A stretch of 64,000 nt of DNA, taken from a virus. The DNA is taken from the UHGV virus genome UHGV-0294963; one strand, 5' to 3'. This document shows positions 36,002 to 46,817 of this stretch, in pieces; position 1 is the first letter of the stretch; each line of letters opens with the position of its first letter. The position numbers and the translations under genes are program-made. Below the pieces are notes generated by a model. The model did no database searches and was not told where the DNA came from. It saw nothing but the letters and a program-made list of their open reading frames with translations.

Positions 36002-36653
36002 TGAACTCTTCTTTGTAACGACGCTCGATGAGTTCTTCGTCGACCGCCATGAGGTTACCGAGCCACTCGCAAGCTTCTGATATATCAACAAAGTCAGTAT
36101 CAGAAACAGATGCAATAGCAGCGCCGAGTGCTCTGAATTCCTCGTCACCCTTATCAACCTTTGCTGTGTAGAACAGCATATCTTGACACCGATTAAGATG
36201 CATCTTAACCTCGGCATTACAGAACATAAACTCTTCCGGTTTAATCACGAATGCCTTCTTGAGCTCTTCACCTTTATCAGGACGCAGAACTCCGATTGTA
36301 GTGAGGTCAATCTGTCTAGGCTCGGTGTAGAACTTACCTTTAGAACCAGCTTCATTTATACAGTCGGTACATATCCAGTTCTGGGCTGTCCAAAAAGGTC
36401 CCCAGGTAAGAATACGCAGATGTCTCAACAGAAGGAAATAATCAGGCTCATATAATTTCCGCACATCAATCTTGGGCTCAATTACCTGAGGTAAAATGTG
36501 CTTAATCATAGCCTGATGTAGATTGTCAGAAGATAATCTGAGTTTCTCCATTCGACTGGTATAACCACTGACAGTGACTGTCTGCGGAATTCCCACATCA
36601 GAATAATCATATAAGAACTCATGGTCTTCATTCATTAGTGCCATTAAACTCAC
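35853..36653 (-). CDS. hypothetical protein with a C-terminal zinc ribbon (KCPKCGG)
   Basis: 266 aa ORF. The promoter motif is at about 36715..36750. Confidence 0.45.
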   Translation of the reverse strand: MSLMALMNEDHEFLYDYSDVGIPQTVTVSGYTSRMEKLRLSSDNLHQAMIKHILPQVIEPKIDVRKLYEPDYFLLLRHLRILTWGPFWTAQNWICTDCINEAGSKGKFYTEPRQIDLTTIGVLRPDKGEELKKAFVIKPEEFMFCNAEVKMHLNRCQDMLFYTAKVDKGDEEFRALGAAIASVSDTDFVDISEACEWLGNLMAVDEELIERRYKEEFNVGLQKRVEFKCPKCGGRAWAYVPVNDYYFRPTEEDLKEWKTLLAAPKK

Positions 36654-36750
36654 ACCTTTCTTTGATTTGGTAGAAAATGCGTGTGCAGTGGTAGTATCTT
36701 ACTTACATTCTAAGTATAACATAGTCAGCACACGCATTTCGAAGTTTCTC

Positions 36751-39700
36751 TTAATTCAGTGATTTATCAACCGAACCGTAAAGCTGTTCATAAGGAACCG
36801 TCTCAGACATAGAATTATTATCAAGTCTGATAATCTGTACAGGGGCTCTGAATCTCAGGTTTGAGAAGTTCTGTTTCTTGATGTCTACAGACGGATTCTT
36901 CATGTACAGGTTAAGATAAACCTTACCTGCCCTTGTCTTCGCTGATGAAGGATTTCCATTCCACTCCCAGTTCATATTGACAAGAAGATTTCCATTAGGA
37001 ACAAAATCAGAGTTATTATCATCCCAACCCTGATGTACACCAGCAGTACCGGAAATTTTCAAATTGAGGTTATCAGGTATACGAATAATCGTATTCTGGT
37101 TGATAGGACCTCGGGATTCCACTTCTGGTGCTGTCTCACCTTCGTTGACTGTTACCTCTTCTGCTTCTTGTTCAAGATTATACTCAAAGAACAATGGTGG
37201 GAAATTCACATAACCAAGGGACGACCACACTCTATCGATTCCTCCGTTATAATCTTCCCAACCTTGATACTTAACCCAAACATCAAGCATTGCAGAGCAT
37301 ACACCATTCTCACCCATAGTAATGCTAGAAAATCTACAGGACAAGCTGTTGCCTTTATCTTCATCATCACTATTGATTGCTTTGGTGAATATCTGAGGAA
37401 TCATCATCCAAGGTAAGTCAAGCTCGATTGTGTTACCGCCGCTTACAAAAGAGGAATACTTCCACTCACCGATATTAGTAAAAAAGGGCTTGTTCACCTG
37501 ACAGTGATTTACACCGAATAAGCAGGTTTCTGTAGACTTATGACCTGTAGGCGTATCTACCTGAAGATTATCCCCTTTAAGAGTTAGATAATCGATGTCT
37601 TCGAGGTGAAGCAATAAGCCGTCTGAACGAATACCATCCTCGATTACTGCAGAAAAGTCTAAAGTAACATCACCTCGAATATGAGCAAGGGTACCGGTAG
37701 AATCTAATGCAGCTCTCCATTCAGAAGCATTACCTGTCATCTGGAATGTAACTCCATTCGGATAATAGCAATATTGATATTGAGTCAAATCGACACCTGG
37801 AAGAATAGGAATAAGCGTATCTGGCATTTCCTTGAAACCACCATGCTTTATAAAACCAAGCAGAGTGTCTGTGATTCTTAGTCTTTGAGTATTCTGGTCA
37901 TTGATTACATCAGTCAACTCAGAACCAGTACCGACCTTAACCACGCCGTAGCAATTGGGAGTTGCAGGCACGGCGAAACCACGCTCAACAGCCTCAACCG
38001 CAAACAGAACTGATTGATACAACCCAGGTGAATTCTGGTCCTGCCGGAATGAGCGAGAGTCACCAGGGTCGAGTATCGTATAGGCATCAGCATCGATATA
38101 AGCGAATTTGATATTACCTTTGTGAGAGTCACCCCGGATATCTACGTCAGCTATCGCGCCACTTTCATAAGCTACGGTGCCAACCTGAATAGGATTAGAA
38201 TTTGGTGTTAGTCGAGTCCATAACTTACCTATCAAACCTAAACCGACGGTGTTGCGTTCAATACCTTCATCATAGATAGCAGTAGACACATTCCGTGGAA
38301 TATTGTTATACTTACAACTAATAGGATAACCGGACTCAGGAGTGATTAGCAAAGAACCAGGAATAATACTCTTACCGATGTAATGGGTAGTAGTGAATGC
38401 TCCATTATACGCAGCTTCATCCATCGAAATTGCATGAGCAAATCGCCACCAGCCATCTGCGCCAGCCGAACTCGCATAGCGGCAGACATAACGAGCAGAA
38501 ACATTCTGAGTAAATGAATCTAATGTACCAGTTACCGTACCGGTTACGGTAGCGTTAATCGTACCCTGAGCTGTACCATTTACTGAGCCTTCTACAGGAT
38601 ACTCCCGATTATTAACAGTGACGTTACCAGTCACCGAACCTGTAACATTAGCTTCTAGCTTAGATTGCTTTGCTGTACCAGTTACAGTGCCAGAAACAGT
38701 GCCATACTTGGTTACGATATTCTCAACGGTATTACCGTTAGCACGCTCAGTACCACCAGCTTCAGCAATATCATTGATTACCCAGAAGTAATCGCCTACC
38801 GCGACTGTCGGTGTGTGCGCCTCGAACCAATTTTTAGCATCGTCCAGTGTAAGGAAAGGACCGAACTGTCTTCCTCTAGCATGACCAGAACTCCTACGAT
38901 TTGCGTAATCAGAGAATACCAACTCTAGCATAGTCAACTGCTGAGTAGTCAAAATACCGTCTACTCCGTGTAGATTAGCAAGTACAGGGAAAGACACCTG
39001 GGAGTCATAAATCGGTTTCTTAATTGTGGGGTCGCTGGACGGTGAATTATAGGATGGACTCAAATCTGTAACACCTGCATTTAAGGACGCATACGGAAGA
39101 TACAGAGCTCGATGGTCTATTACATCTGCACCCGTCTTGCCAGGTACCTGAGCTTGATGCCAAGACATTCTAGCAAAAGCTGCTAGGGTTTTCGCATCAA
39201 TTCTACGCAGACAATTGAAATTATCTACAACCGGGTCGTCACCTGTATACGGAGCTTCATCAGAAACGATAATACCACGAGTAGGTTCATCCTGAGCATT
39301 ACCAGCTGTTTCTGCGTTAGTCGACATACTCCTAAGCAGCATGCCTAGGTTAGACTCGAAGGCAATCCACAACCACTTATCGATATCGATAAGATTAGTG
39401 ACCTCACCGTCAGAGCTACCTCCGGTTTCGCCGAACTTTATGCCGTAGATATGGTCATCATCAACCGCCGACAGTAAGTCCTTATAATTCTCAGCACCCT
39501 GAACGCCATCCAGAGGAATTATTCTGGTTTTATAAGGGTTCTCAGTCAACAGATAGTGTCCTTGAGAATCACAAGTGATAGTTCCTAGCAGCAGTTCATT
39601 GCCGTAAGGAAGTTCGTCGTTAATAACGATAGCAGCACCTTGATAAACACCATTAAGCGGCGGAATTAAACGCTCATCATGACGTGCAGCGCTAGGTGCG

Positions 39701-40284
39701 GTATATTGTACAGCTAACTTTATGAACTTGGTATAGCATGGATTCTCAGGATTCTGACCGGGATTGGTTGCTACATCTGCAATTTCAGGAACAGAAATTG
39801 CGTCTGCCTTATAAATCTTGGTTTCATCATGAGCATCTACATAATAGCCATATACCAGAGCTACACCGCTTGATATAGCAAGTCTACCGTCATCTTGAGC
39901 GATAGACAATTTATAATCATCTTCGTCACGACAACCAGTAGCATAAGCTGTGACATGCCAGTTAGCTTTATTATGCACAAGCGGATTCTTAAATGACCGT
40001 AAGCCAGGACCTTGCATTGAAGTAGCACCCGTGGTCTGGTCAGTTTCGACAGGAACGCCGAACGCATTGTTCACTGCTTCTGCCACTATATCAGCATAGC
40101 CAGACAAGTCTACTTCCCGTTTGAGCAGCGTGTTCAACGCTGCTCTCTGGTTAAATTCGGTGATAAGTTCACCACCATGCGTGTCTGTACTATACGGAGT
40201 TATATACGAGTTGGCAGAGGAATAGACAAGAAAACGATGGTCGTCAGCTTCCTGAAGGTCGTACAGTCTGTCATCTGTTGCCAT
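36751..40284 (-). CDS. large fibre/adhesin-like structural protein (1177 aa)
   Basis: GT/TG-rich repeats (TVTGTAKQ...VTGSVTGNVTV...TVTGTVTGTL). Confidence 0.45.
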   Translation of the reverse strand: MATDDRLYDLQEADDHRFLVYSSANSYITPYSTDTHGGELITEFNQRAALNTLLKREVDLSGYADIVAEAVNNAFGVPVETDQTTGATSMQGPGLRSFKNPLVHNKANWHVTAYATGCRDEDDYKLSIAQDDGRLAISSGVALVYGYYVDAHDETKIYKADAISVPEIADVATNPGQNPENPCYTKFIKLAVQYTAPSAARHDERLIPPLNGVYQGAAIVINDELPYGNELLLGTITCDSQGHYLLTENPYKTRIIPLDGVQGAENYKDLLSAVDDDHIYGIKFGETGGSSDGEVTNLIDIDKWLWIAFESNLGMLLRSMSTNAETAGNAQDEPTRGIIVSDEAPYTGDDPVVDNFNCLRRIDAKTLAAFARMSWHQAQVPGKTGADVIDHRALYLPYASLNAGVTDLSPSYNSPSSDPTIKKPIYDSQVSFPVLANLHGVDGILTTQQLTMLELVFSDYANRRSSGHARGRQFGPFLTLDDAKNWFEAHTPTVAVGDYFWVINDIAEAGGTERANGNTVENIVTKYGTVSGTVTGTAKQSKLEANVTGSVTGNVTVNNREYPVEGSVNGTAQGTINATVTGTVTGTLDSFTQNVSARYVCRYASSAGADGWWRFAHAISMDEAAYNGAFTTTHYIGKSIIPGSLLITPESGYPISCKYNNIPRNVSTAIYDEGIERNTVGLGLIGKLWTRLTPNSNPIQVGTVAYESGAIADVDIRGDSHKGNIKFAYIDADAYTILDPGDSRSFRQDQNSPGLYQSVLFAVEAVERGFAVPATPNCYGVVKVGTGSELTDVINDQNTQRLRITDTLLGFIKHGGFKEMPDTLIPILPGVDLTQYQYCYYPNGVTFQMTGNASEWRAALDSTGTLAHIRGDVTLDFSAVIEDGIRSDGLLLHLEDIDYLTLKGDNLQVDTPTGHKSTETCLFGVNHCQVNKPFFTNIGEWKYSSFVSGGNTIELDLPWMMIPQIFTKAINSDDEDKGNSLSCRFSSITMGENGVCSAMLDVWVKYQGWEDYNGGIDRVWSSLGYVNFPPLFFEYNLEQEAEEVTVNEGETAPEVESRGPINQNTIIRIPDNLNLKISGTAGVHQGWDDNNSDFVPNGNLLVNMNWEWNGNPSSAKTRAGKVYLNLYMKNPSVDIKKQNFSNLRFRAPVQIIRLDNNSMSETVPYEQLYGSVDKSLN

Positions 40285-40289
40285 AGGTA

Positions 40290-40670
40290 TTAACCTCCTT
40301 CACTGTCAGAACCAGAACCTATACCGTTGGTTTCCTCCTGAGAAATCACCATGGTGTACATATCAGAAGTAACGGTACTGTTCATAGCGACCTGAAAGCC
40401 GATGTAATACTGCTCACCTTCGGTTCTACCGAGATTCTTACCGTCGATATAATTCTTGGTAATGGTATATCCCCTCGCTTCTACTTTAGCTTTCTCAGCA
40501 TCACTAATTCCGTTCGGGAAAGTACAATACTGCTGTCCGCCACCGCATCTCTTCTCTACCTCAGCGAGGACCTCGGTTGCTAGAATATTCGGCATAGAAG
40601 GCTGAAAGTATGCCTGAACCTGAGCATCATACTCAGTATTCGAAGGATGATTAGTAGTTCTGATATTCAT
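40290..40670 (-). CDS. hypothetical protein (126 aa)
   Basis: ORF tightly packed after the large gene. Confidence 0.4.
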   Translation of the reverse strand: MNIRTTNHPSNTEYDAQVQAYFQPSMPNILATEVLAEVEKRCGGGQQYCTFPNGISDAEKAKVEARGYTITKNYIDGKNLGRTEGEQYYIGFQVAMNSTVTSDMYTMVISQEETNGIGSGSDSEGG

Positions 40671-40681
40671 TTTATATCACC

Positions 40682-41743
40682 TCACTGAAAATCTGTGATA
40701 GGTTTGAGCTCCTTATTGAACTCCTTGCTGAGATTGCGTGCGTCCTTGGACACTGCCAGCTTAGACTTTACCAAGATGCAGTCTGCGTCGTCGATTTCAT
40801 CGACAATCTGAATCTTGCCTGCGATGGCGAGCTCATCAACATCAGCTGCATCCACCTTCTTGATGTCCACATAGCACTTCAGAGGCTGCGTAACTGCCGC
40901 TTCCTCGTCTGTGTCATTGATGTCCTCAGTCTCAGCAGTTTCAGCTGCCGATGACTGCTCATCTGCAATCACATCGTCTGCTTCATTTACAATAGGCTGC
41001 TTCGTAGCTTCATCAGACTCACCAGCAACGGGCTGCTCGATTTTCTCCGTCTCAGGCTCAATCGGTGTATCCTGGTCCTCATCAAGCACAAGCTGGTCAC
41101 AGAAACTGCTGGTACACTTATAGAACATAGGAAGGTCAGGATAAATCTGAATACGCTTGAGCGGATTGTTACACTTAGGGCAGAACTGAGGAATCGGAGC
41201 AACAACAGGTGCTGTGTTCATCGGCTGAAGTTCACCATTCCAAACCTTTGCGGTACAGCCAGGCTGAAAGTAAGCAATCAACTTCATGTCAATTACTTCG
41301 AACTCGCCTTTATCTGTAGTGCAGACCAGAGTTAAAGTCTTATCTGGTGCCATCACATACTTTACTGAATTGATGTGTGCCAACTCAGGAACCTTGAACT
41401 CGTTTCCACTTGGAAGACTAATCCAATAAGCATCATACATCGAGTACTGATTCTTGAGGGTAATGAGCTGATTGCCCTGACCACTCTCGTTCTCAAAATA
41501 AGGAACTGTCTTGAAGCCGAGAGAGGTTAGGAGAGCGAGCTGCTCAGTCACGGTAAACTTTCTTGCAGAAGAATACAAGGAATATGCCAGGAAGTCATTC
41601 TTAGACACATATCCCGTAATCTCGAAAGGAAGACTATAATTCTTTATCTGATTCGGTGTGTGTTCAACTGGACTGCCAAGCAGAGCTCCTGTTTCATTGT
41701 AAGACACGGTCGCTTCAGGCAGATTAAGTTTAAGTCTAATCAT
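40682..41743 (-). CDS. hypothetical protein with a zinc ribbon and an acidic C-terminus
   Basis: CPKCNN...CTSSFC. D/E-rich tail. Overlaps the upstream sigma factor gene by 8 nt. Confidence 0.4.
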   Translation of the reverse strand: MIRLKLNLPEATVSYNETGALLGSPVEHTPNQIKNYSLPFEITGYVSKNDFLAYSLYSSARKFTVTEQLALLTSLGFKTVPYFENESGQGNQLITLKNQYSMYDAYWISLPSGNEFKVPELAHINSVKYVMAPDKTLTLVCTTDKGEFEVIDMKLIAYFQPGCTAKVWNGELQPMNTAPVVAPIPQFCPKCNNPLKRIQIYPDLPMFYKCTSSFCDQLVLDEDQDTPIEPETEKIEQPVAGESDEATKQPIVNEADDVIADEQSSAAETAETEDINDTDEEAAVTQPLKCYVDIKKVDAADVDELAIAGKIQIVDEIDDADCILVKSKLAVSKDARNLSKEFNKELKPITDFQ

Positions 41744-42347
41744 CTGATAACACTCCTTTACATTTTCTTAGGTACCATTGTACGCACGGCACCGATAATT
41801 TGGTTAAACCAGATTTATATAAATCAGTAACTTCTTTCGCCGGCATGTGAAGTTCCTTTGCGATTTCATTCACGCTCCATGGCGGTTCATCAGAAGTTCT
41901 GTTTATAACGTGAAGAACATTGATTTCTTTTGGAGTAAGGAGCTTCTCGACCACTTTCGAGATGTCCATCTGTTTCTGGTCGAATTCATATTTATCTTCT
42001 ATCTGTTCTTCCATTGGAATATCAGCGTCCTCGCATTCAAATTCCGAGAACGTCATTTCAGGATTTACCAGCTTATTCATCTGGTTCCTTATATAAGGAA
42101 AAGCATATGTGCTCAAGACTGTATATGTATCAGCGTCGAATCTGTCTATAGCTATCATCAATCCCATAACTCCAGCAGATACGAGCTCTTCGCTGTCGCT
42201 CTCACTCGGAAAGCGACTTGCGAAGTACATCTGATAGCATCTATGCACGAGACCCATATTGTTCAAAACCAACTTGTTTCTTACCTCAGGGTCTCTGGTT
42301 CTAGCATATTCCTTGAGCAATTCCTGATTTTGCTGTCCCCTGCTCAT
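41736..42347 (-). CDS. sigma-70 family sigma factor (second phage-encoded copy)
   Basis: LSTYAFPYIRNQM (region 2.x) and VNEIAKELHMPAKEVTDLYKSGLTKL (region 4 helix-turn-helix). Confidence 0.55.
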   Translation of the reverse strand: MSRGQQNQELLKEYARTRDPEVRNKLVLNNMGLVHRCYQMYFASRFPSESDSEELVSAGVMGLMIAIDRFDADTYTVLSTYAFPYIRNQMNKLVNPEMTFSEFECEDADIPMEEQIEDKYEFDQKQMDISKVVEKLLTPKEINVLHVINRTSDEPPWSVNEIAKELHMPAKEVTDLYKSGLTKLSVPCVQWYLRKCKGVLSDD

Positions 42348-42389
42348 ATAACCCTCCTCAGTCTTTCAATACTATAATATTGATGTGCG

Positions 42390-43922
42390 TCATGATTTAT
42401 CAACCCAGCCTCCGTTAGAGCGCTCCTTCGGTGGCATTTCATCCCAGGTATGCGATGAAGCCTTGTACTTCCTGACATTCAGCTTTTTAACCCAGATTCC
42501 GTTCTCTCTAACCCAGATGGTAGCAGACTTCTTCCAGACAGCGTAATACTTATTCTGATTATCATCAGAATTAACTTTACACGCTCTGAGGTCTAAGCAG
42601 GTACAATCTTGACCTGCTTCTAATATATGATATTGTCTGTCTTTCCGCCAGCCGTAGAACACCAGAGGGTCAGCTGACTCAGCCAGAACAGTACGAATGT
42701 TGTCCATAACATCTCTATAGACATTTATGCCCGCGACGTGCATATACTCATGTTCATCATAACAAGGTATTCCAAGTCGTATTCTATTTTCTGGATACTC
42801 GTAGTGTGGTGGCGGGTCTGCAAGTAGAGGCCCTTCATGATCACCTACAGAACTACCGGCAGAAGCCACACCATGACCTAGAAGCTCATCATCCTGTGCA
42901 GTGAGATTTTGATAGAAATATATATTAGGAATTGCCCATTGCGCATAGAAATTCCTATTAGCATTTATTGTCTGCTCCTGCTCTTGCTGTGGTGTATAAG
43001 GAGTTCCTCCTCTACTTCCTGACCAACCTATGAATTGTGGTGTTTCGGTTACGCCATCGCCACTGGCGTTAATCCAGGTTGGATTTGTGTGGGGCTTCGC
43101 GTTAGCGAGAGTAGTACCTATATTTACCTGACCGCTCTGGATTATTCGATTGTCGTCTGATTTCTGATTACGATAAAAGGTAGCAGTTACCGTACTCTGT
43201 CTCCATTGGGCAGTATAGGTTAAATCTTGCTGAACATTCTTCCAATTCTCATCGTTAGGTGACCACCCATCAAAATCAAAACCAGATTTCGTTACAGGAC
43301 CGGGCGGGTCAACTCTACCACCTTGAACAACAGTTTTAGAATAATCAGAAGTCGAACCTGCATAAGAACCACCATTCAGTTTATAGGTTACCGTATAACT
43401 CGGAAGCACCGTAACCGTATCATAGCTAGATATCTGAATACAATTCTCACCAGGACCTGAAGTAAACCAGGCTTGGAAATGCACATAGTAAGTACTGTTA
43501 GGAGCAAGTGGTACAATATCATCGAAAACGAATTTATACGCAGGACCTGGGCGTGGTTCCCAATAAGACTCTCCCGGTCTGGAATCATAATGAAAAACCA
43601 GATTCGGGTCTTTCACAATCCAAGAAGTACCATAATAGGTTCTGCCACCTGCGGATATCGACACCTGCATCGTGCAGTTATTACCACCTGCTATGTGGTC
43701 AGAACCACCATCAGAAGGAAAGGACTGACCTTCAGAATCTGCTATCTGGAACGTGAACGTAAATCCGCCAAGGTATGCAGTAGTATTACCTGTGTTCTCA
43801 ACCTTGATAACAAAATCATCAATGCTGTCATTGTTCCAGTACGGGTTTTCGAAAAACCATGAGCCGTCTGCGGGGGTAAAGTCACCATTCGTCATGGAAC
43901 CTTTTGTCAATACAATAGCCAT
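42390..43922 (-). CDS. protein with Listeria/Bacteroides-type (InlB B-repeat-like) surface-binding repeats
   Basis: SGFDFDGWSPN and PQFIGWSGS repeat units ending in W. Confidence 0.4.
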   Translation of the reverse strand: MAIVLTKGSMTNGDFTPADGSWFFENPYWNNDSIDDFVIKVENTGNTTAYLGGFTFTFQIADSEGQSFPSDGGSDHIAGGNNCTMQVSISAGGRTYYGTSWIVKDPNLVFHYDSRPGESYWEPRPGPAYKFVFDDIVPLAPNSTYYVHFQAWFTSGPGENCIQISSYDTVTVLPSYTVTYKLNGGSYAGSTSDYSKTVVQGGRVDPPGPVTKSGFDFDGWSPNDENWKNVQQDLTYTAQWRQSTVTATFYRNQKSDDNRIIQSGQVNIGTTLANAKPHTNPTWINASGDGVTETPQFIGWSGSRGGTPYTPQQEQEQTINANRNFYAQWAIPNIYFYQNLTAQDDELLGHGVASAGSSVGDHEGPLLADPPPHYEYPENRIRLGIPCYDEHEYMHVAGINVYRDVMDNIRTVLAESADPLVFYGWRKDRQYHILEAGQDCTCLDLRACKVNSDDNQNKYYAVWKKSATIWVRENGIWVKKLNVRKYKASSHTWDEMPPKERSNGGWVDKS

Positions 43923-43927
43923 CTAAG

Positions 43928-46813
43928 TCACCAACCTATTCCGATTGAACCGTCCGGTATAGTTTCACCTGCTCCTGGTGTAGGTTCGGTTGTCGAGATG
44001 TAAAGACGAGTGCCATCAGCGGTAATAAGATAATTGCAGTCAGAAGCCATACGACGTATTATCATACCATGCAGCAAATCGAGTGCTTGACCAGAACCCA
44101 AGCCAACCAGCAAATCAAGCCACGTTATTTTATCAGCTTCAATCGTACCCAGGCCACCGCCGAATTCGAGTAAAGTACCTTCACCGTCTACAAGAGATAA
44201 GCTGGTGGTCTCCTCACCGAACCGAGATTTAGCGATAGTTGCCCAAATAGGCTTATCAGGGTCGTTAATGTTTAGCACGTCACCCGCGGCGTTCTTTGCT
44301 GTGTAATAAGCCGTAGCAAAGAAGTCACCTGAAATCTTAGCAGCTATCCGAGTAGAAGCGGCAATCGGGTTTTGCTCCGTCGGTTGAGGGAAAACAGACC
44401 CTGGTGTATAGTTCAGGTCAGATTTTGAGTAGAACGAATAGGACTCACCGAGCGTAGCGGCTACCAACGTATTTTTCGCAGGCGGTACAGTCAGTGTAGT
44501 GCGAATTACGCACTCTTGCAGAAATTTACCAAGTGACAATCCCTGAAATGCAGGGTCGACATAATCTGCTATATTGAACCCGAGCTCTGCAAAGAACTGG
44601 CGAGCTGTAATGTGAGCCAAAGCCGACCGCATAGAATACTCCCAGCTTGCGGGTATTTCTGTATCATATTGGTGATATCTAGGTACAGCAGAATCGTATT
44701 TACCAGCAATTCCAGTTACTGATAACAAAGTTGGGTCCGCAGTATATACCTGAGTAGAAGCAAGTCTTACATAATTATTATTGTTATCCACGCTCAATAT
44801 CGTATAACAATACTCCTTACCGTTACCGTAAACATTGTTCTGATTATGTGTAACCTCGATAATGCAACCAGGAGAAATCTCAGATTCAGTCGTGAACGTG
44901 TCAGTGCTCTTAGTGTTACCGTTCTTATATGTGTATGTTCGACTTTCACGCAACGCTGTAGTCAGATTACTTAACCCTACTCGAATTATCGACGACTGTA
45001 CAGTTGATTGGTCGGTTATAGTACCACCGATGGTAACCACTGGTCTAACAGAACCTGGTTTTCTTATTAAGAACGGTTGATTATTCTTAATAGTGGCTAG
45101 AGCAATCGTTACTGACCAAGGGTATACCCGAGGATAACCGTCAGATAGAACATCACTGTCTCGAGTTAGAACAAGTTCATTAGGATACACTCGATTACCT
45201 TGAACCGTGAATACACCGTTCGTTATCGTCGCCGCGGCTACAGCAACCTCGTCCAGAAAATTTTTATCGCCATCTGGCCACAAAGCATACTGGTGAACCC
45301 ACTCTGGTGTGAACGTAGGTATATAAGCACCTCTTCTATTAAGTATAGAATATTTATGAGGGTTAGTTGCGGTAGCGTCATAGTCCTCAGAAGCAGTGCA
45401 GAAATAGACTCCATTCTGTTTCGAGTCAGAGCGATGCCAGATTATGACCAGGTCACCTTTCTGAAAAATATTGTTCTTAACCTTAAACCAAGACTGCCTG
45501 CCTTCATCATGAAATTCTGCATCAGATAACGCAGTATCCTCTGCAGACGCACTGTCACCCCTGAACAGCATATAATTCTGACCTTCATATATGCAAGCCG
45601 CTTTATCCGGTGCTGTTTTACCCCAGTAAGAACCTAGATACTCTGCCGTAACTTTATCCTTAAGATACAGCACAGCATTCTTCGTGCCGGTATTCAGTAT
45701 CTTAGTAAACGTCAGATTTTTCTTGAATTTTCCTTTGGTCGTAATACCGACGTCCGAGAAGTCACCTACTGCGATGCGACCGTCATCCTTCCTGACGGGG
45801 AAGACATAGATAGGACGTCCGGACGTAGGATAATCAGTGAACTTAGGGTCACCGTAGATTAGATATACATAATCATCACGCTGCTGCTCAGGAATTACAT
45901 CATAACCGGTAGCGTATATCTGGAACGGCTTACCAGTACCTAAGAAATCATGTTCGAGTTCTGATTTAGTCAAGCCGTAAACACCATTCCCTGCATACGC
46001 ACCAACACCGTTAACCCAATTCATATCGACATAACCAGCGGTGGTTACAAGAACAATACCGGAAGGATTAACCATGTTACGAAAGTCTGTACCGTGATTT
46101 AGAAGACCCCAAGAGTTTCCTCCGATGTCAAACCACAAGTAACCAGAAGCAGCCAAAGCAAGTCCGGATATATCAACCGTCTTGTGCATACAATCTTCTA
46201 TCAAACCGTTGCCTGCGAACAACAATCCCTGCGGACCATAATAAAGCGTATCTACATCAAGGTCCTTCATGCTTAAGCCTCGAACAATAAGCTGCAATCC
46301 CCCGAACTCTATATCATATGCTTGCATTTCCTCAAGAAAATCTAATATATCAGGATAAGCAGCGAATGTTAGATAACCATCTGCACCTACCGACGACTGA
46401 GTTCTCTTTCCGTTCACATCAGACACATAGCAGGTAAATATATTACCTACTGCTTTTTCAAGAGCTTCTTTGTCGTAGGCTTCTTCAGGCTTGGCTTCTT
46501 TGTAGTTACCATCACCTCCGACATAGAATTTATCAATGTAGGTATCATAATGAATACCAACAATCGGTATGGCACCCCAAGACGCACCAGGTACTCTAAT
46601 CGTAGTAGTGTAGAACGTCGTAGTGTCAGTAGAATGCTGCTTCCACTTCGTTCTATCAGCCGGTAGAGTAACAATTCTGGTTACACCGTACGTCACGAGT
46701 GTCTGGTAGATATAGTTCGTAATGACATCAGGGTCTGCACCAGTTTCTTTTAGAAACTCTTCATAAGATGACCAACCTACAACTCGGCCGGTGTTATAGG
46801 TTTTCTCTGCCAT
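43928..46813 (-). CDS. large hypothetical protein (961 aa)
   Basis: Long uninterrupted ORF. Confidence 0.45.
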   Translation of the reverse strand: MAEKTYNTGRVVGWSSYEEFLKETGADPDVITNYIYQTLVTYGVTRIVTLPADRTKWKQHSTDTTTFYTTTIRVPGASWGAIPIVGIHYDTYIDKFYVGGDGNYKEAKPEEAYDKEALEKAVGNIFTCYVSDVNGKRTQSSVGADGYLTFAAYPDILDFLEEMQAYDIEFGGLQLIVRGLSMKDLDVDTLYYGPQGLLFAGNGLIEDCMHKTVDISGLALAASGYLWFDIGGNSWGLLNHGTDFRNMVNPSGIVLVTTAGYVDMNWVNGVGAYAGNGVYGLTKSELEHDFLGTGKPFQIYATGYDVIPEQQRDDYVYLIYGDPKFTDYPTSGRPIYVFPVRKDDGRIAVGDFSDVGITTKGKFKKNLTFTKILNTGTKNAVLYLKDKVTAEYLGSYWGKTAPDKAACIYEGQNYMLFRGDSASAEDTALSDAEFHDEGRQSWFKVKNNIFQKGDLVIIWHRSDSKQNGVYFCTASEDYDATATNPHKYSILNRRGAYIPTFTPEWVHQYALWPDGDKNFLDEVAVAAATITNGVFTVQGNRVYPNELVLTRDSDVLSDGYPRVYPWSVTIALATIKNNQPFLIRKPGSVRPVVTIGGTITDQSTVQSSIIRVGLSNLTTALRESRTYTYKNGNTKSTDTFTTESEISPGCIIEVTHNQNNVYGNGKEYCYTILSVDNNNNYVRLASTQVYTADPTLLSVTGIAGKYDSAVPRYHQYDTEIPASWEYSMRSALAHITARQFFAELGFNIADYVDPAFQGLSLGKFLQECVIRTTLTVPPAKNTLVAATLGESYSFYSKSDLNYTPGSVFPQPTEQNPIAASTRIAAKISGDFFATAYYTAKNAAGDVLNINDPDKPIWATIAKSRFGEETTSLSLVDGEGTLLEFGGGLGTIEADKITWLDLLVGLGSGQALDLLHGMIIRRMASDCNYLITADGTRLYISTTEPTPGAGETIPDGSIGIGW

Positions 46814-46817
46814 AAAA

